A DNA stretch of 64,000 nucleotides. Origin: an uncultured Phycisphaerales bacterium. GTDB taxonomy: Bacteria; Planctomycetota; Phycisphaerae; Tepidisphaerales; Tepidisphaeraceae. Below the pieces are notes generated by a model that saw nothing but the letters and a program-made list of their open reading frames with translations, ran no database searches and was not told where the DNA came from. Both the position numbers and the translations under genes were made by a program. This document shows, one piece after another, positions 10,642 to 21,990 of the stretch. Location: positions 1,216,001-1,280,000 of the forward strand of contig CAVWVQ010000003.1 of NCBI GenBank assembly GCA_963758525.1, given 5' to 3'. Position 1 is the stretch's first letter. Every line of letters begins with the position of its first letter.

Positions 10642-11973
10642 TCACAGTATAAACTTGCTCAAATCCTCGTCTTTTACGATCTCTTCTAACCGCTCGCGCA
10701 CGTAGTCAGCGGTAATCGTGACTTTCTTCGGGCCGCTATCGGGGGCGTCGAAGCTGATCGTTTCGAAAACCTTCTCCAAAATCGTGTAGAGACGGCGGGC
10801 GCCGATATTCTGGCTGCGCCGGTTCACGTCGTAGGCGATTTTCGCCATCGCATCGATCGCGTCATCGGCAAAATCCACGCGAACCCCGTCCGTTGCCAGC
10901 AAGGCGATCTGCTGCTTCGTCAGAGAGTTCTGCGGCTCGCGCAAAATCCGCACGAAATCCTCCTTGCTCAAATCAGCCAGCTCAACACGAATGGGAAACC
11001 GCCCCTGCAATTCCGGCATCAGATCGCTCGGCTTGCTGCCGTGAAACGCCCCGGCGGCAATGAACAAAATGTGATCCGTCTTCACCGGGCCATGCTTGGT
11101 AGCCACCGTCGTTCCCTCAACGATCGGCAGCAGGTCGCGCTGCACGCCCTGGCGGCTCACGTCGGGGCCGTGCTGGCTCTGCGGGCCGGCGACTTTGTCG
11201 ATCTCGTCGAGAAAGACGATGCCCGCCTGCTCGACGCGCTCGATCGCCGTACGTTGAATCTTGTCCTTGTCGATCAGCTTCTCCGCCTCCTGGCCAAACA
11301 GCAGCTTGCGGGCGTCATGCACGCTGAGCTTGCGCGTCTCGCGCTTCGTCGGCAGCATCTTCTCGAACATGTTCTGAAAATCGACATCCATCTCCATCCC
11401 CGCCTGACCGAGAACGCCGACGACGCTGGCGCGCTCTTCGACGCTGATCTCGATCATGCGCTCCTCGATCGCCCCCGACCGAAGCTGCTCGCGCAGCTTC
11501 TCCAGCGTGCGCGCGTGCCGGGCCTCGGCATCCGGATCCTCCGACGACGATCCGGGGGTTTGCGGCAGAAGATATTCCAGCAGCCGATCCTCAACGTGCG
11601 CCTCGGCCGGCTCCTTCACGGCGTCGGTCATTTCGCTCTTGACCATCGCGATGGCTGAGTCGAGCAGGTCGCGGATCATCGATTCGACATCGCGGCCGTG
11701 ATATCCCACTTCCGTGTACTTGGTCGCTTCCACCTTGATGAACGGCGCCCCCGTCAGACTGGCGAGCCGCCGGGCGATTTCGGTTTTCCCGACGCCGGTC
11801 GGCCCGATCATGATGATATTGCGCGGCGCGACGTCCTGCCGCATTTCCTCGGGAAGCTGCTGCCGCCGCCACCGCCCGCGGATCGCCACGGCCACGGCGC
11901 GCTTCGCATCACGCTGGCCGACAATGTAGCGATCGAGTTCGGCGACGATTTGTTTGGGAGTGAGGGGAGTCAT
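10642..11973 (-). CDS. hslU: ATP-dependent protease ATPase subunit HslU
   Basis: LTPKQIVAELDRYIVGQ, GPTGVGKTEIARR, DEIDK, GVQRDLLP, ELQGRFPIRVEL, IGARRL. Confidence 0.97.
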   Translation of the reverse strand: MTPLTPKQIVAELDRYIVGQRDAKRAVAVAIRGRWRRQQLPEEMRQDVAPRNIIMIGPTGVGKTEIARRLASLTGAPFIKVEATKYTEVGYHGRDVESMIRDLLDSAIAMVKSEMTDAVKEPAEAHVEDRLLEYLLPQTPGSSSEDPDAEARHARTLEKLREQLRSGAIEERMIEISVEERASVVGVLGQAGMEMDVDFQNMFEKMLPTKRETRKLSVHDARKLLFGQEAEKLIDKDKIQRTAIERVEQAGIVFLDEIDKVAGPQSQHGPDVSRQGVQRDLLPIVEGTTVATKHGPVKTDHILFIAAGAFHGSKPSDLMPELQGRFPIRVELADLSKEDFVRILREPQNSLTKQQIALLATDGVRVDFADDAIDAMAKIAYDVNRRSQNIGARRLYTILEKVFETISFDAPDSGPKKVTITADYVRERLEEIVKDEDLSKFIL

Positions 11974-11977
11974 ACTG

Positions 11978-12197
11978 GAAAATCCGAATGACGAAACCAG
12001 AAACCAGAACCAAGCCCGAATGACGAATGACCGAATGGAACGACGCCGGAATGCCTCGATGACACGGTTGATCGAATGCAAACACTGCGGCGCGTCCGCG
12101 GATGTTCGTGCGAGGAGCGGGCAGATCGGGATTTCTTCATTCGGTCATTCTTCATTCGGAATTGATTCTGGTTTCGGGTTTCGTCATTCGGGTTTTG
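11978..12197. repeat. Inverted repeat built of AATGACG/AAACCAG heptamers (family D)
   Basis: CCGAATGACGAAACCAGAAACCAGAA... pairs with ...TTCTGGTTTCGGGTTTCGTCATTCGG. Related copies are at 17111-17325 and ~23617-23663. Confidence 0.85.
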
Positions 12198-12210
12198 AAA
12201 GACTCGGATT

Positions 12211-12747
12211 TCACTCAAGTGTCTCCACGCGAATATTCCCATTCGTATAAATGCACACTTCCCCGGCGATCTTCAGCGACGCCTCGACAATTTCCTTCGC
12301 GCTGAGCGTCGAATGTGCGAGCAGCGCCTTCGCTGCCGAGAGGGCGTAAACGCCGCCGGAACCGATGCCGATGATTCCGTCGGTCGGCTCGATCACGTCT
12401 CCCGCGCCGCTGACGATCAGGCTGGTGGTCTTGTCGGCGACCGCGAGCATCGCTTCAAGGCGGCGCAGCACGCGGTCGGTGCGCCATTCTTTCGCGAGCT
12501 CAATAACGGCGCGGCGCGTGTTGTCGGGAAACTCCGCCAGCTTTTTCTCGAATCGTTCCAGCAGCGCAAATGCATCCGCCGCCGATCCGGCAAAACCCGT
12601 CAGCACGCGGCCTCCTGCCAGGCGGCGCACCTTGATGGCGTCGTGTTTCGCGACGACGTTTCCGAGCGTCACCTGCCCGTCGCCGCCCAGCGCGACTTGC
12701 CCGTCGCGCCGCACGGAAAGAATAGTTGTCGATTTCGCAGCCTGCAT
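12211..12747 (-). CDS. hslV: ATP-dependent protease subunit HslV
   Basis: [43 protein letters not shown]. Confidence 0.97.
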   Translation of the reverse strand: MQAAKSTTILSVRRDGQVALGGDGQVTLGNVVAKHDAIKVRRLAGGRVLTGFAGSAADAFALLERFEKKLAEFPDNTRRAVIELAKEWRTDRVLRRLEAMLAVADKTTSLIVSGAGDVIEPTDGIIGIGSGGVYALSAAKALLAHSTLSAKEIVEASLKIAGEVCIYTNGNIRVETLE

Positions 12748-12962
12748 CTTGAACGATAGGATAGGCAAACCGTGAACGCTTGTCAGTCATCCGCGATGCT
12801 TCCCCCCTGGCATGGGCTTCCCGCCCATGTTGGCGACGCGGAGCTTCAGAGAACTTTTGATACCAGAGACTCTTCTTTTCCCGCGTCGCTCACACGGGCG
12901 GGACGCCCGTGCCACGGGGGAATCCGATCTGATTTCACGTCATCCGGTGGTCATCCAGGTTC

Positions 12963-15252
12963 ATGACGGCGATGTCCCTTCAATCTCCATGGATCGCCGT
13001 GGCGGGAGTATCGCTTTGCATTGCCGCGTTCTGGCTGGCACGGGTGCGGCGCATCAATCTTCCAAAGGTCACCGTTCGGCTCCTTTTTTTTGCAGCAGTA
13101 TGTCTCGCCCTGGCGGCGGGAGAGCCGCGCTGGAATCGGCCCCGCACCGGTGTCGTAGACGTGCTCGTCGATCTATCTCCCAGCACTCGGACGGCCGACT
13201 ATCGACAGCGCGATCGGCTGAACGCGCGCATCGCCGAACTGCTCGGCACGGTGAAATATCGTCTGAAATTCTTTGCCGACGGAATCGCGGAGCCAGATCT
13301 GGCGAATGCGACGCTTGCGGATGTGCCGTCGGAACAAACGGCGTTGCCGACGTCAGACGCGGATGCGGTGCTGCTCTTCAGCGATGCGCAATTCCCGCTC
13401 CCCCAGGCGGGGCCGCCGACATATGTCGCGATCGATCCGGCACTGGAACGGCCAGATGACGCCGCCGTGTCGCGACTGGAAATCCGCGGGAACGAGGTGG
13501 TCGCATCGCTGCAGAACAGGGGCGCGCCGCGCTCGCTGGCAATCATCGGCGCCAACGATGCGCGGCCGACGGTCGCGCCGACAGGTTCGTATGCAGTGGA
13601 ACAGACGCTTCGCACGGATGCCACGGTCGTGACCGCTCAACTCTCCGCCGCGGACGCGTGGCCGGAGAACGACGCGTTGGGGGCGATTCCGCTGCCGTCG
13701 GCGACGGCAGAGCGGTGGTGGGTCGGACCGAGCATCGCGGGCGGCAATTGGAAGTCATTTGGGGCGGACGCGCTGCCGACGGACGCCGGGGCATATTTAG
13801 CGCCCGCGGTGATCGTGCTGGAGAATATTTCCGCGTCGCAACTCGACGATGTTCGCCAGCAGCGTCTTCGGCAATACGCCGCCGAGCTTGGCGGGGGAAT
13901 CGTGATTGTCGGCGGCAACCACGCCTTTGGCGCGGGAGGATACATCGGCTCCGTGCTGGAAACCCTGTCGCCGCTGGCGAGCGCTCCGCCGCGACCGACG
14001 ATGCGCTGGTCATTGCTCGTCGATGGCAGCGGTTCGATGTCTGCGCAGAGCGGGCGCTTCGCGATGGACATCGGCTGTCGCCGCGATGGTCGACCTGCTG
14101 CCGCATCTTCCGCCTGATGATCTGGCGGACGTGGGAAGCTTCGCGCAATCGCTCAACTGGTGGTCCAGCGGCAAGACCGTCCGCCAGACCCGCCAGCAAC
14201 CGCTCCCGCCGCCGGATATTTACCCGCATGGCCCGACGAATCTCGAACCGGCTCTGCTTGCGATCGCGGCCGGGTCGGATGGAGCCATGCCGCGGCAGTT
14301 GCTGCTGATCAGCGACGGCGACGTGCGGATCGATCAGCCCGCCGAGCTGATCGAAAGATTGCGGCGCGCGCAAACCCATCTGTGTGTTCTGGCGATCGGC
14401 GACGGCAGCGGCCTGGCGATACTGCGCGAAATCGCCGCCGGCACGGGCGGCGACGTCGTCCAGCGGCTCGACTCCCGGCAATGGGCCAACGGCGCCGAAG
14501 CGTTGCTCAGCAGCGCGTTGCCCTCAAACCTGGAGTATTCCTCCGCCACGATTCAGTTCGAAAACGAGCTGGCCGATCTCGCGCCGTGCGCGATCTCCGC
14601 GTGGAACCGCGTCTGGCTGAAAAACGGCGCGCGCGAGCTGGCCGGCGCCAATGCCGGCGGTTTGCGCGTTCCGCTGGCCGGATTATGGAATGTCGGCGAA
14701 GGACGCGCCGCCGCGGCCGCATTTGACGCCAGCCGCGAAGAAATCGAGTCGCTGGCGAAGCTCGTCGCCCGGCCGCCCCGCGATCCCCGATTCACGGCCG
14801 CATGGAAGATCGGGGCAACGCTCGGCGTCACGCTCGACGCGATCGACGGCAGGACGTATCTCAACGACCAGGCCGTCACCCTTCGGCTGCGCTCCACTTC
14901 TCCCACCGCAGAGATGAGCGAGCACGCGGTTCCGCAGGTTGAGCCGGGCCGCTATGCGCTGGAGCTTCCTGCCCCGCGTTCGCCGGTCTTTGCGGAAGTT
15001 CGCGTGAACGGGCAGTTCGTCGATCGCATCGCTGTCGCCGCGCGATATGCGCCGGAGTTCGACGCGATCGGAAACGATCATGCCGCGATGCGGACGCTTG
15101 CCGATCGCACGGGAGGCGATGTGATTTCGCCCGGGATGAAGCGTCCGATCGACTTCAACTGGCCGCGACGCGAGGTTCGACTGTCGTCATGGCTCGCGGC
15201 GCTGGGAGCGCTGCTCGCAGCTCTGGGATTAGTCCGCTGGCGCCTGCGTTGA
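12963..15252 (+). CDS. Membrane-anchored vWA-domain protein (frameshift at ~14050)
   Basis: N-terminal TM, VDLSPST, GGGIVIVGG and VDGSGSM MIDAS motif. The next frame gives TNLEPAL, LISDG and a C-terminal TM. Confidence 0.75.
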
Positions 15253-15368
15253 TCTCGTGGCACGGGCGTCCCCGCCCGTGTTATCTGCGCACTAATAACT
15301 GAATATTTGCTATCAAGGGTTCGCCTCTTCACCGCGCGGCTAACACGGGCAGGATGCCCGTGCCACAG

Positions 15369-16574
15369 CTACGCTTGCGATCGCAGCGTGAGATGAATGA
15401 TCTCAGCGGGGGCGTTGATGCGGAGCGGGAACCAGCTTCCCACGCCGTTGGAAACCACCAGCGAGGACGCGGACTTTTGGTACAGCCCGGACCAATAGCG
15501 GAAGAAGGCGGGTCCGCCGCCGATGCGGTCGCTGAGCATGAGTTGCCCGCCGTGGGTATGGCCGGAGAGGGTAAGCGGGATGTTCGCGTCAGCGGCGGAG
15601 TCAAACGCGTGGGGGTGATGGGCGAGCAAAATGGGGAACGCGTCCGGATTGATCTGCGGGCGCAGCCACGCGAAATTTTGTTGGATCAGAGCGTCGCCCC
15701 CCTCCTGCCACTTGAGGCCGAGAAACTGAACGGGCGATCCGCGAAATTCGATCAGGCAGGATTGATCCACCAGGAGCGGAACGCCGGCGGCACGCGTGCG
15801 GTTTTCGAAGCGATGGCGGCTCTCAAACAGGTCGTGATTTCCTTCGCAGACGACGATTCCCTCGCGCGGATCGAGCCGGTTGATCATGTCGAGCGTGGCC
15901 GGCAAGTCGGACAGCGACATGTCGATCAGGTCGCCGGTGACCACCGTAAAATCCGCCCGCAGCGAATTGACCTGGTCTGCCAATGCGTTGAGACTTCCGG
16001 GCTCGGTGAATTTGCCGACGTGCGTGTCGGTGATATGCGCGATGGTCATGCCGTCCATGTGCGACGGAAGCTGCGCGAGCACCAGCTCCATGCGTCGGAC
16101 GCGCGGCGGCGCCTTGAGCTGCTTCATCGCCCGGCTGACCAGCGCGCCGGTTGCCAGCGGCGGCAGCGCCATGGCAAGGCCGCCCAGAAGTTGCCGGCGC
16201 GTGGGGCGGATGGCAGGAGAGAATGCTGGCGGCGCGATCGCCGGTGGTGGAGCGGGGCGCCGCAGCAATCGCGCGGTGCCGAAGAAGAGTTCAAAGAGGA
16301 TCAGTACGGGAATGACGAACAGGTGCCAGAGAAACACTGTTGCATGAACAACCACGGGGACCGGCGTGTCGACGCGACGAACCAGGGCCGGGAAAATGCA
16401 CATGAACGCGAGGTAGGCAGCCATCGCGCCGACCCAGGCGCCGAGCATGCCGCGCCACAGCCCCGCCCGGGGCAAGTGGCGCAGCCGGCGGTCGGCGCGG
16501 CGCCACCAGATGACGTCGCCGCAGATCATCAGCAGGCAGATCAGGCAGTAGGATATGATTCTCGATTGCGTCAT
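15369..16574 (-). CDS. Membrane metallophosphoesterase (YkuE-like)
   Basis: DTHVG, TGDLID, GNHD, LAHHP and SGHTHGGQ motifs, with N-terminal TMs. Confidence 0.92.
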   Translation of the reverse strand: MTQSRIISYCLICLLMICGDVIWWRRADRRLRHLPRAGLWRGMLGAWVGAMAAYLAFMCIFPALVRRVDTPVPVVVHATVFLWHLFVIPVLILFELFFGTARLLRRPAPPPAIAPPAFSPAIRPTRRQLLGGLAMALPPLATGALVSRAMKQLKAPPRVRRMELVLAQLPSHMDGMTIAHITDTHVGKFTEPGSLNALADQVNSLRADFTVVTGDLIDMSLSDLPATLDMINRLDPREGIVVCEGNHDLFESRHRFENRTRAAGVPLLVDQSCLIEFRGSPVQFLGLKWQEGGDALIQQNFAWLRPQINPDAFPILLAHHPHAFDSAADANIPLTLSGHTHGGQLMLSDRIGGGPAFFRYWSGLYQKSASSLVVSNGVGSWFPLRINAPAEIIHLTLRSQA

Positions 16575-16676
16575 CAGCAGTCTTGCTCATACGAGCGCCG
16601 CACCTTAGGGGATCGGACCATAGCGGTGCGACCTTGAAGAGTTATACTCCCCGCATCCACAAGGAAATGGAAGGCA

Positions 16677-17119
16677 ATGAAGCTGGCTTCATGGAGTCTT
16701 GGTCTGTTGTTAATCTGCACCGGTTGTGAGGTGCAGCGCAGCCTCACTGTGCAGAGCAACCCGCCTGTGCGCTGGTATTTCTCAATGATCAGGAATTGGG
16801 GCGCACGCCTGTCACGCGAAATTTCAAATGGTACGGCACCTACGACGTTGAGATCCGCGCCGAGGGGTACGAGTCGCTCCGTACGCAGGCGCAGGTCTGG
16901 GCGCCCTGGTGGCAATGGGTGCCGTTCGATCTGGTTGCCGCGTTCATCCCCGGCCTGGAAGATCACCACGAAGTGACGTTCAAGCTGCATCATGCCAGCC
17001 CGCAGTACCTAGAACCCGACCGGATGATCAGGCGCGCGGAGCAGTTGCGCGGCAAATTGGAATCGGGAGAGAAGACGCGGAAGCCGGCGACGCAGCCGGT
17101 GGCGCGGAAACCAGAATGA
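16677..17119 (+). CDS. PEGA-domain lipoprotein (frameshift at ~16767)
   Basis: Lipobox-like 'CTGC', then VQSNPP-[GA]LVFLNDQELGRTPV...WYGTYDV once one base is restored. Confidence 0.8.
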
Positions 17120-17325
17120 CGAAACCCGAAACCAGGATCAAAGAATCAAACCAGAATGACGAATGAATGAATGACGAATTGCACGCCCTTTGTCGCTCGC
17201 GCCCCCGGGTTCGCTGACGCTTAAAGACTCATCGGTAGACGACGGTGCTGGCTTTCCGTTTCTTCATTCGGGTCATTCGTCATTCTGGTTTGATTCTTTG
17301 ATTCTGGTTTCGTCATTCTGATTTC
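17111..17325. repeat. Family D heptamer inverted repeat between convergent genes
   Basis: CAGAATGACGAAACC...AATCAAACCAGAATGACGAATGA pairs with TCATTCGTCATTCTGGTTTGATT...GGTTTCGTCATTCTG. Confidence 0.85.
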
Positions 17326-17377
17326 GGCGCAACGGCGCACGGTTTTCCCCCAGGGCCTCGATTTTTCCACCCCCGCT

Positions 17378-18025
17378 TCAGACGGCCAGCGCCACGCCCA
17401 GGGCGGATTTATTGTTGCTCATGACGACCGTTTCCCAGAGGTCGATGCTTTCCAGCTTGAAGCGGTAGTCGACTTCGACGCCGGTCCGGCGAACCAGGTC
17501 CTGCAGGGCCAGGTCGCTGCGCCAGCCGAGCTTGGTGCAGAGGGGGCAGAGCCATTTCTCGACCAGTGCGATGAGCCGGTTGGTGGACTGGAAATGATTG
17601 ACGATCACGATCCGCGAGCCCGGCTTGGCGACGCGCTGGGCCTCGCGAACCAGGCGATACGGATCGCTGACGACGCTGATCACATGGCTGATAAAGATGT
17701 GATCGAAGCTGTTGTCGGCAAATGGAAGTTTCAAGGCGTCGGCCTGGAAGACGGTGGTGTTGGAGAGCCCCAGTTCCTCGATCTTCTTGCGGGCCTTGCC
17801 GAGCATCCCGCTGGAGAGATCGACGCCAATGATCCGGCCGCGATTGGGCTTGTAGAAGCTCAGCGAGCAGCCGGTTCCGACGCCCAGATCCAGAACGCGG
17901 TCGTCGGGGCCAATGTCCATGTGCGAGATCGCATTGGCAATGCGCTTGCGAACAAGCCGGCCGAACGTGGCGTCGTAAAAGAGAGAATGAACGTCGTAGA
18001 TTTTCTTCGTGCTCGATTCCTGCAT
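17378..18025 (-). CDS. Class I SAM methyltransferase (PmtA-like phospholipid N-methyltransferase)
   Basis: VLDLGVGTG, GVDLSSGML, VISVVSDP, RVAKPG and IVNHF. Confidence 0.8.
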   Translation of the reverse strand: MQESSTKKIYDVHSLFYDATFGRLVRKRIANAISHMDIGPDDRVLDLGVGTGCSLSFYKPNRGRIIGVDLSSGMLGKARKKIEELGLSNTTVFQADALKLPFADNSFDHIFISHVISVVSDPYRLVREAQRVAKPGSRIVIVNHFQSTNRLIALVEKWLCPLCTKLGWRSDLALQDLVRRTGVEVDYRFKLESIDLWETVVMSNNKSALGVALAV

Positions 18026-18119
18026 GGCGGTTCCGGCTTCCTGTCCCCTGAGGACGTTCCGGGAAATGTAGTGCATTGCTGAATTATTGCCAAGCAGGTT
18101 TATCGAAACACAGGGTTTA

Positions 18120-18262
18120 GGCGGTGGCGCTCGAAAGTGGCGATCGGCTCCGAGTAGGGCGGGATTCATCCCGCCGATTTGTTGGCCGGCTGAGAAAACG
18201 GCGGGATGAATCCCGCCCTACGATCGCAAAATCTGCAATCGCCACAAATAAAAGTTACACCC
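18120..18262. mobile_element. 143-bp MITE, copy 1
   Basis: Flanked by direct repeat AGGGTTTA (18112-18119 and 18263-18270). Near-identical reverse complement of 47366-47508. Internal REP doublet at 18154-18221. Confidence 0.88.
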
Positions 18263-18304
18263 AGGGTTTATCGAAACCGCCGGATCATGCGGTCTTAATA
18301 TTTC

Positions 18305-19809
18305 TCAAACCCAATTCAGCGATCGCTCGATCGCTTTGTGCCATTCTGTCAGCAGGCGGGCGCGGGTTTCGCCGGACATCTGCGGTTGCCACGACTTATC
18401 TTCGCGCCACGCCTGGCGGAGGTGGTCCAGGCCGTTCCAGAATCCGACGGCCAGGCCTGCGGCGTACGCCGCGCCAAGCGCCGTGGTTTCGGTCACGGCG
18501 GAACGAATGACGGGGATATCGAGCACGTCGGCCTGAAACTGCATCAGCAGATCATTGACCGCCATTCCGCCATCTACGCGGAGCGCTTTGGGAACGACCC
18601 CCGAATCATCCCGCATGGCGTCGAGCACGTCGCGCGTCTGAAACGCGGTTGCTTCGAGCACCGCCCGCGCGAGATGAGCCTTGGTGGCGTAGGCGGTGAG
18701 GCCGGCCACGATCCCGCGCGCGTCGGAACGCCAATAAGGAGCGTAGAGCCCGGAAAAAGCGGGTACGAAATACACGCCGCCATTGTCGGGGACGGAACGG
18801 GCGAGGGTTTCGATGTCGCTCGATTTGGAGATCAGGTTCAGATTGTCCCGGAGCCATTGGACCAGCGCGCCGGCGATGGCAACTGAACCTTCCAGCGCGT
18901 AGACGGCGGGCTGACCGGCGATTTGATATCCGACGGTCGTGAGCAATCCGCTGCGCGAGACGATGGGCGCTTCGCCGGTATTGAGCAGCATGAAGCAACC
19001 GGTGCCGTAGGTGTTTTTGGATTCGCCGGGGGAGAAGCAGGTTTGCCCGACGAGGGCGGCTTGCTGATCGCCAAGGCAGCCGCAAACGGGAATTGAATCG
19101 AGGAACGGACCGTCCGACCGCGTCCGGCCCCACGACGCTGGATCGACGGAACAGACAATCCGCGGCAGCGTCTGGCGCGGGATCCCCATCACATCGAGCA
19201 TCTCATCGTCCCAGGCGAGCGTCCTCAAATCCATGAGCATGGTTCGGCTGGCGTTGGTCACGTCGGTGACATGCGCGCCGCCGTCCGGGCCGCCCGTGAG
19301 ATTCCAGATGAGCCAGGAGTCAATGGTGCCAAAGAGGGCATCGCCGGACTCGGCGGCGGCGCGAGCACGGGAAGATGGTCGAGGAGCCAGCGCAACTTCG
19401 GGCCGGAAAAGTAAGTCGCCAGCGGCAGTCCGACTTTTGCTCGGAAACGGTCCTGCCCGCCCTGGGCGGCCAGCGCGTCGCACATTTCCTTGGTGCGGGT
19501 GTCCTGCCAGACGATCGCATTGCCCAGCGGACGGCCCGTATGGCGGTTCCACAGCACGGTCGTCTCGCGCTGATTGGTGATTCCCAGCGCCGCCACGTCG
19601 CCAGGGCGGGCTTGGGCACGCTTCAGCGCGCCGGCAATCACTTCCTGCGTGCGCCGCCAGATTTCCATCGGATCATGCTCGACCCAGCCCGGCTGCGGGA
19701 AATGCTGCTGATGTTCCTGTTGCGCCTGAGCCACCGGCCCGTTCTCGTCGAACAGAATGCAGCGCGAGCTGGTCGTTCCCTGATCGATAGCGGCGATGAA
19801 GCGTCCCAT
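18305..19809 (-). CDS. glpK: Glycerol kinase (frameshift at ~19368)
   Basis: [48 protein letters not shown] and ETTALGAA. Confidence 0.95.
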
Positions 19810-19958
19810 GGAACTGATTGTACCTCGTGGCATGGGCGTCCCGCGCGTCCCGCCCATGCCACGAGAGAGCATCTCGTACCGGGGAATTCGCGTTCGTGAT
19901 AGACTGCTTCGGAGGTCCGAATCGTGACGAACGTGGCCGCAAATGACGCAGGTTTCGA

Positions 19959-20711
19959 TTGAGCAGCAACAACGAGGCTTCCCCAGATCACGCCGATAAA
20001 CCGGCGGTTTTCCACGTCACGCACTGGAAAGCCGGTTCGCAATGGGTGCGCGCCGTGCTCAAGGCGGCCGATCCGAGCCGCATCGTGCCGGGGAAGGATT
20101 CCCCCTCCTGGTTCTTCAAGGATCCGATCGTGCCCGGCGGAATCTACACGCCGGTCTACGCGACCTATCAGCAGTTCCGCCAGATCATTCCACACGACTA
20201 CCATCAGCGCACATTCGCCCTGATTCGCGATCCGCGCGACGCGGCAGTCTCGTGGTATTTCAGCCTGCGATATTCCCATCCGGCCGAATACGAGACGGTC
20301 AGCCAGACGCGCCAAACGCTGGAAAAGGTGGACAAGAGGGAAGGAATGACACTCGTCTTCAAGGAATATGTTCGCGACCTGGTCGAGATTCAGCGAAGCT
20401 GGCTCGAGTCGGGCGTGAAAGTGTTCCGCTATGAAGATCTGCTGGCCGATCAGAATGGCGTCTTCAGGCAGATGTTGGCCCATTGCGAAATTGACGTGCC
20501 CGAGAAACAGCTCCGCAAAATTGTTCGGCGATTCAGTTTCCGCCGTCGCACGTGGTGGCGCTTCGGACGGGAAGACGTGAAGTCCCACTTCCGCAAAGGG
20601 GTCGCCGGCGATTGGAAAAACCATTTCGATTCGGAGCTGAAGCAGCGTTTCAAAACTTTGTACGCTGACTCCCTGATCCGTGCCGGGTATGAACAGAATC
20701 TTGAATGGTAG
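19959..20711 (+). CDS. PAPS-dependent sulfotransferase-domain protein
   Basis: THWKAGSQW (5'PSB-like), [12 protein letters not shown] (3'PB), RYEDL and [13 protein letters not shown]. Confidence 0.88.
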   Translation: MSSNNEASPDHADKPAVFHVTHWKAGSQWVRAVLKAADPSRIVPGKDSPSWFFKDPIVPGGIYTPVYATYQQFRQIIPHDYHQRTFALIRDPRDAAVSWYFSLRYSHPAEYETVSQTRQTLEKVDKREGMTLVFKEYVRDLVEIQRSWLESGVKVFRYEDLLADQNGVFRQMLAHCEIDVPEKQLRKIVRRFSFRRRTWWRFGREDVKSHFRKGVAGDWKNHFDSELKQRFKTLYADSLIRAGYEQNLEW

Positions 20712-20781
20712 AAGTTCTCCTCCCAAGCGAGCCCGGCTGTTTCGGGCGCGGCTTGGAGGGAAGTTGCCGCAGGTTCGATTC

Positions 20782-21990
20782 ATGCCTCCCGCATCGAGCG
20801 AAAAAACCCAGCCCTCACGCAGAGAGCCGGACGCGAGGGAAAATCATCCGGATTCCCCAGATCGGCGCAGCGAGGATGGCCGTCGGAAAGATCCATCGCA
20901 GAAGTCGTCGGACGGAGAAAACGACAAAGACGAAGAGAAGGGCGAAGCGGAAGAAAATCCGCACGATAACAAGCCGCCGCCGTGGCATCGGCCGATCTTC
21001 TGGATCGTCACGGCGATCGTCCTGATAGTGGGATTGGCAATTGGAATACCCTGGTGGCTGCATGCCCGCTCGCACGAATCGACGGACGACGCGTTCATTG
21101 ACGGGCATACCACCAGCGTCAGTCCGCAGGTCGCCGGGCAGGTCATCAAGTTGCGGGTTGACGACAATCAGGATGTGAGCGAGGGGCAGCTTCTGGTGCA
21201 GATCGATCCGCGCGATTTCCAGGACACCCTGGCCGAGGCCCAGGCCGCGGAAATGGTGGCGGAGAATCAACTTGCACAATATCAGTCGATGGTGCTGGTG
21301 AATCGGGCCCAGGAAGCGTCGAGCCAGGCGGATGTCGTGTCCGCCCAGGCAAACGCTGATCAGGCTCATTCGGACGCGCAGCGATATCGCAGCGCCGAAG
21401 CCGGCGCGGTGTCGCAGCAACAACTTGATAATGCGACCAACAATGAAAGGAGCACCGCCGCGGCGCTGCAGGCGGCAAAGGCGAAGCTTGCCGCGGCATC
21501 GGCACAGGTGGCCAGTGCGCAAGTGCAGGTGAAGACCGCCGAGGCGCAGGTGCGCGAGCAGCAGACGCGCGTCGCGGATGCGAAGCTGCAGCTTTCCTAC
21601 ACCAATATCCACGCGCCGGCCGCGGGACGTGTCACGAATCGTCACGTGGAGGTCGGCTCCTACGTGCAGATCGGTGAGGCGCTGATGGCGCTGGTGCCGC
21701 GCGACGTCTGGGTCACCGCCAATTTCAAGGAGACGCAGTTGCGGTACATGCACCCGGGCCAGTCGGTCGAAATCAAGGTCGATGCGTATCCCGACAGAAC
21801 GTTCTGGGGCCACGTCGATTCGATCGCGGCCGGCAGCGGAGCGGCGTTCAGTCTGCTGCCGCCGGAGAACGCCACGGGCAACTACGTGAAGGTCGTTCAG
21901 CGCGTCCCGGTGAAAATCGTGTTCGATCAGACGCCGCAGGTGCTGATGGCGCCGGGGATGTCTGTGGTGCCGGAAGTGGCGCTCAAATGA
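20782..21990 (+). CDS. emrA: EmrA/HlyD membrane-fusion protein
   Basis: ESTDDAFIDG, ANFKETQL and FSLLPPENATGNYVKVVQRVPV. Confidence 0.93.
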   Translation: MPPASSEKTQPSRREPDARENHPDSPDRRSEDGRRKDPSQKSSDGENDKDEEKGEAEENPHDNKPPPWHRPIFWIVTAIVLIVGLAIGIPWWLHARSHESTDDAFIDGHTTSVSPQVAGQVIKLRVDDNQDVSEGQLLVQIDPRDFQDTLAEAQAAEMVAENQLAQYQSMVLVNRAQEASSQADVVSAQANADQAHSDAQRYRSAEAGAVSQQQLDNATNNERSTAAALQAAKAKLAAASAQVASAQVQVKTAEAQVREQQTRVADAKLQLSYTNIHAPAAGRVTNRHVEVGSYVQIGEALMALVPRDVWVTANFKETQLRYMHPGQSVEIKVDAYPDRTFWGHVDSIAAGSGAAFSLLPPENATGNYVKVVQRVPVKIVFDQTPQVLMAPGMSVVPEVALK

